Program-made: the position numbers and the translations under genes | The notes under the pieces: model-generated | What the model was told of the DNA's origin: nothing | Database searches by the model: none | Seen by the model: the letters and a program-made list of their open reading frames with translations, nothing else | Assembly: GCA_030704615.1 (NCBI GenBank) | Contig: CM060733.1 | Location: 35,154,001 to 35,218,000, forward strand | From: Takakia lepidozioides | Taxonomy: Eukaryota; Plantae; Bryophyta | DNA: 64,000 nucleotides | Direction: 5' to 3' | In this document: positions 63,758-64,000 of the stretch, one piece after another | Layout of the letters: each line of letters opens with the position of its first letter | Position numbering within the stretch: the first letter of the stretch is position 1

Positions 63758-64000
63758 TTATGGAAGGAGCCACAAGCAAGGTCCTCTGCAGTCAAGGTCC
63801 TCTGCGCTACAGGCATCTCTTTGCAATTCTCAAGAGCAGCCCCTTTTTCAGACGTGGGAAGAAGGGGTAGGCGGTGATTTCCTCATTGGGGTCGACAAGT
63901 GACCATTGTAAGCGTCTAACCAGTTGATCCACAAACACCAACATCGCCAACCGCGCCAACTCATAGCCAGGGCAGCTGTGTATACCTCCTCCAAAGGGTA
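63758..64000 (-). CDS. P450 last exon, partial inverted copy continuing beyond the window
   Basis: Reverse complement of 39506-39744 (PFGGGIHSCPG to stop) with a few indels. Confidence 0.85.

Larger units (their letters stand above)
39506..64000. repeat. Giant inverted duplication: left arm 39506-51245, spacer 51246-52208, right arm 52209-64000 continuing past the window
   Basis: 64000 pairs with 39506 and 60840 with 42658; ORF sets mirror each other; the spacer is the reverse complement of ~8647-9589. Confidence 0.95.

Overview
Eukaryotic land-plant nuclear DNA with GT-AG introns, PLS-class PPR repeats and LTR retrotransposons. The content suggests a non-seed plant such as a bryophyte, lycophyte or fern (inference). 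A 500-N scaffold gap lies at 24988-25487. Left of the gap is a TE-rich region: a truncated Copia with a half-tRNA-type PBS, a degenerate intron-containing cellular-type PIF1 helicase locus plus a second diverged 3' copy, a second Copia 3' fragment, a Gypsy fragment whose integrase ends in a PHD finger, and a second Gypsy nested into it. Right of the gap, after a frameshifted PPR gene, is the main feature: three neighbouring specialised-metabolism genes within 11 kb. They are an intronless HAD-like phosphatase / class II terpene cyclase fusion (DDLDTT motif, AstC/drimenol-albicanol synthase type, 31085-32679), a six-exon CYP85-clan P450 (35271-39744) and a convergent clade V-like BAHD acyltransferase (40436-42134). 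I interpret this as a candidate plant biosynthetic gene cluster for oxidised, acylated drimane sesquiterpenoids, bracketed by two inverted copies of one dispersed repeat. From 39506 to the window end the sequence is a fold-back of about 12 kb per arm, centred near 51.2-52.2 kb. Its right arm holds an intact 444-aa BAHD copy, and 1-9589 is a third copy of the shared block. Dense single-base indels at 25.5-52.7 kb suggest that many frameshifts, and possibly the fold-back itself, are assembly or consensus artefacts.
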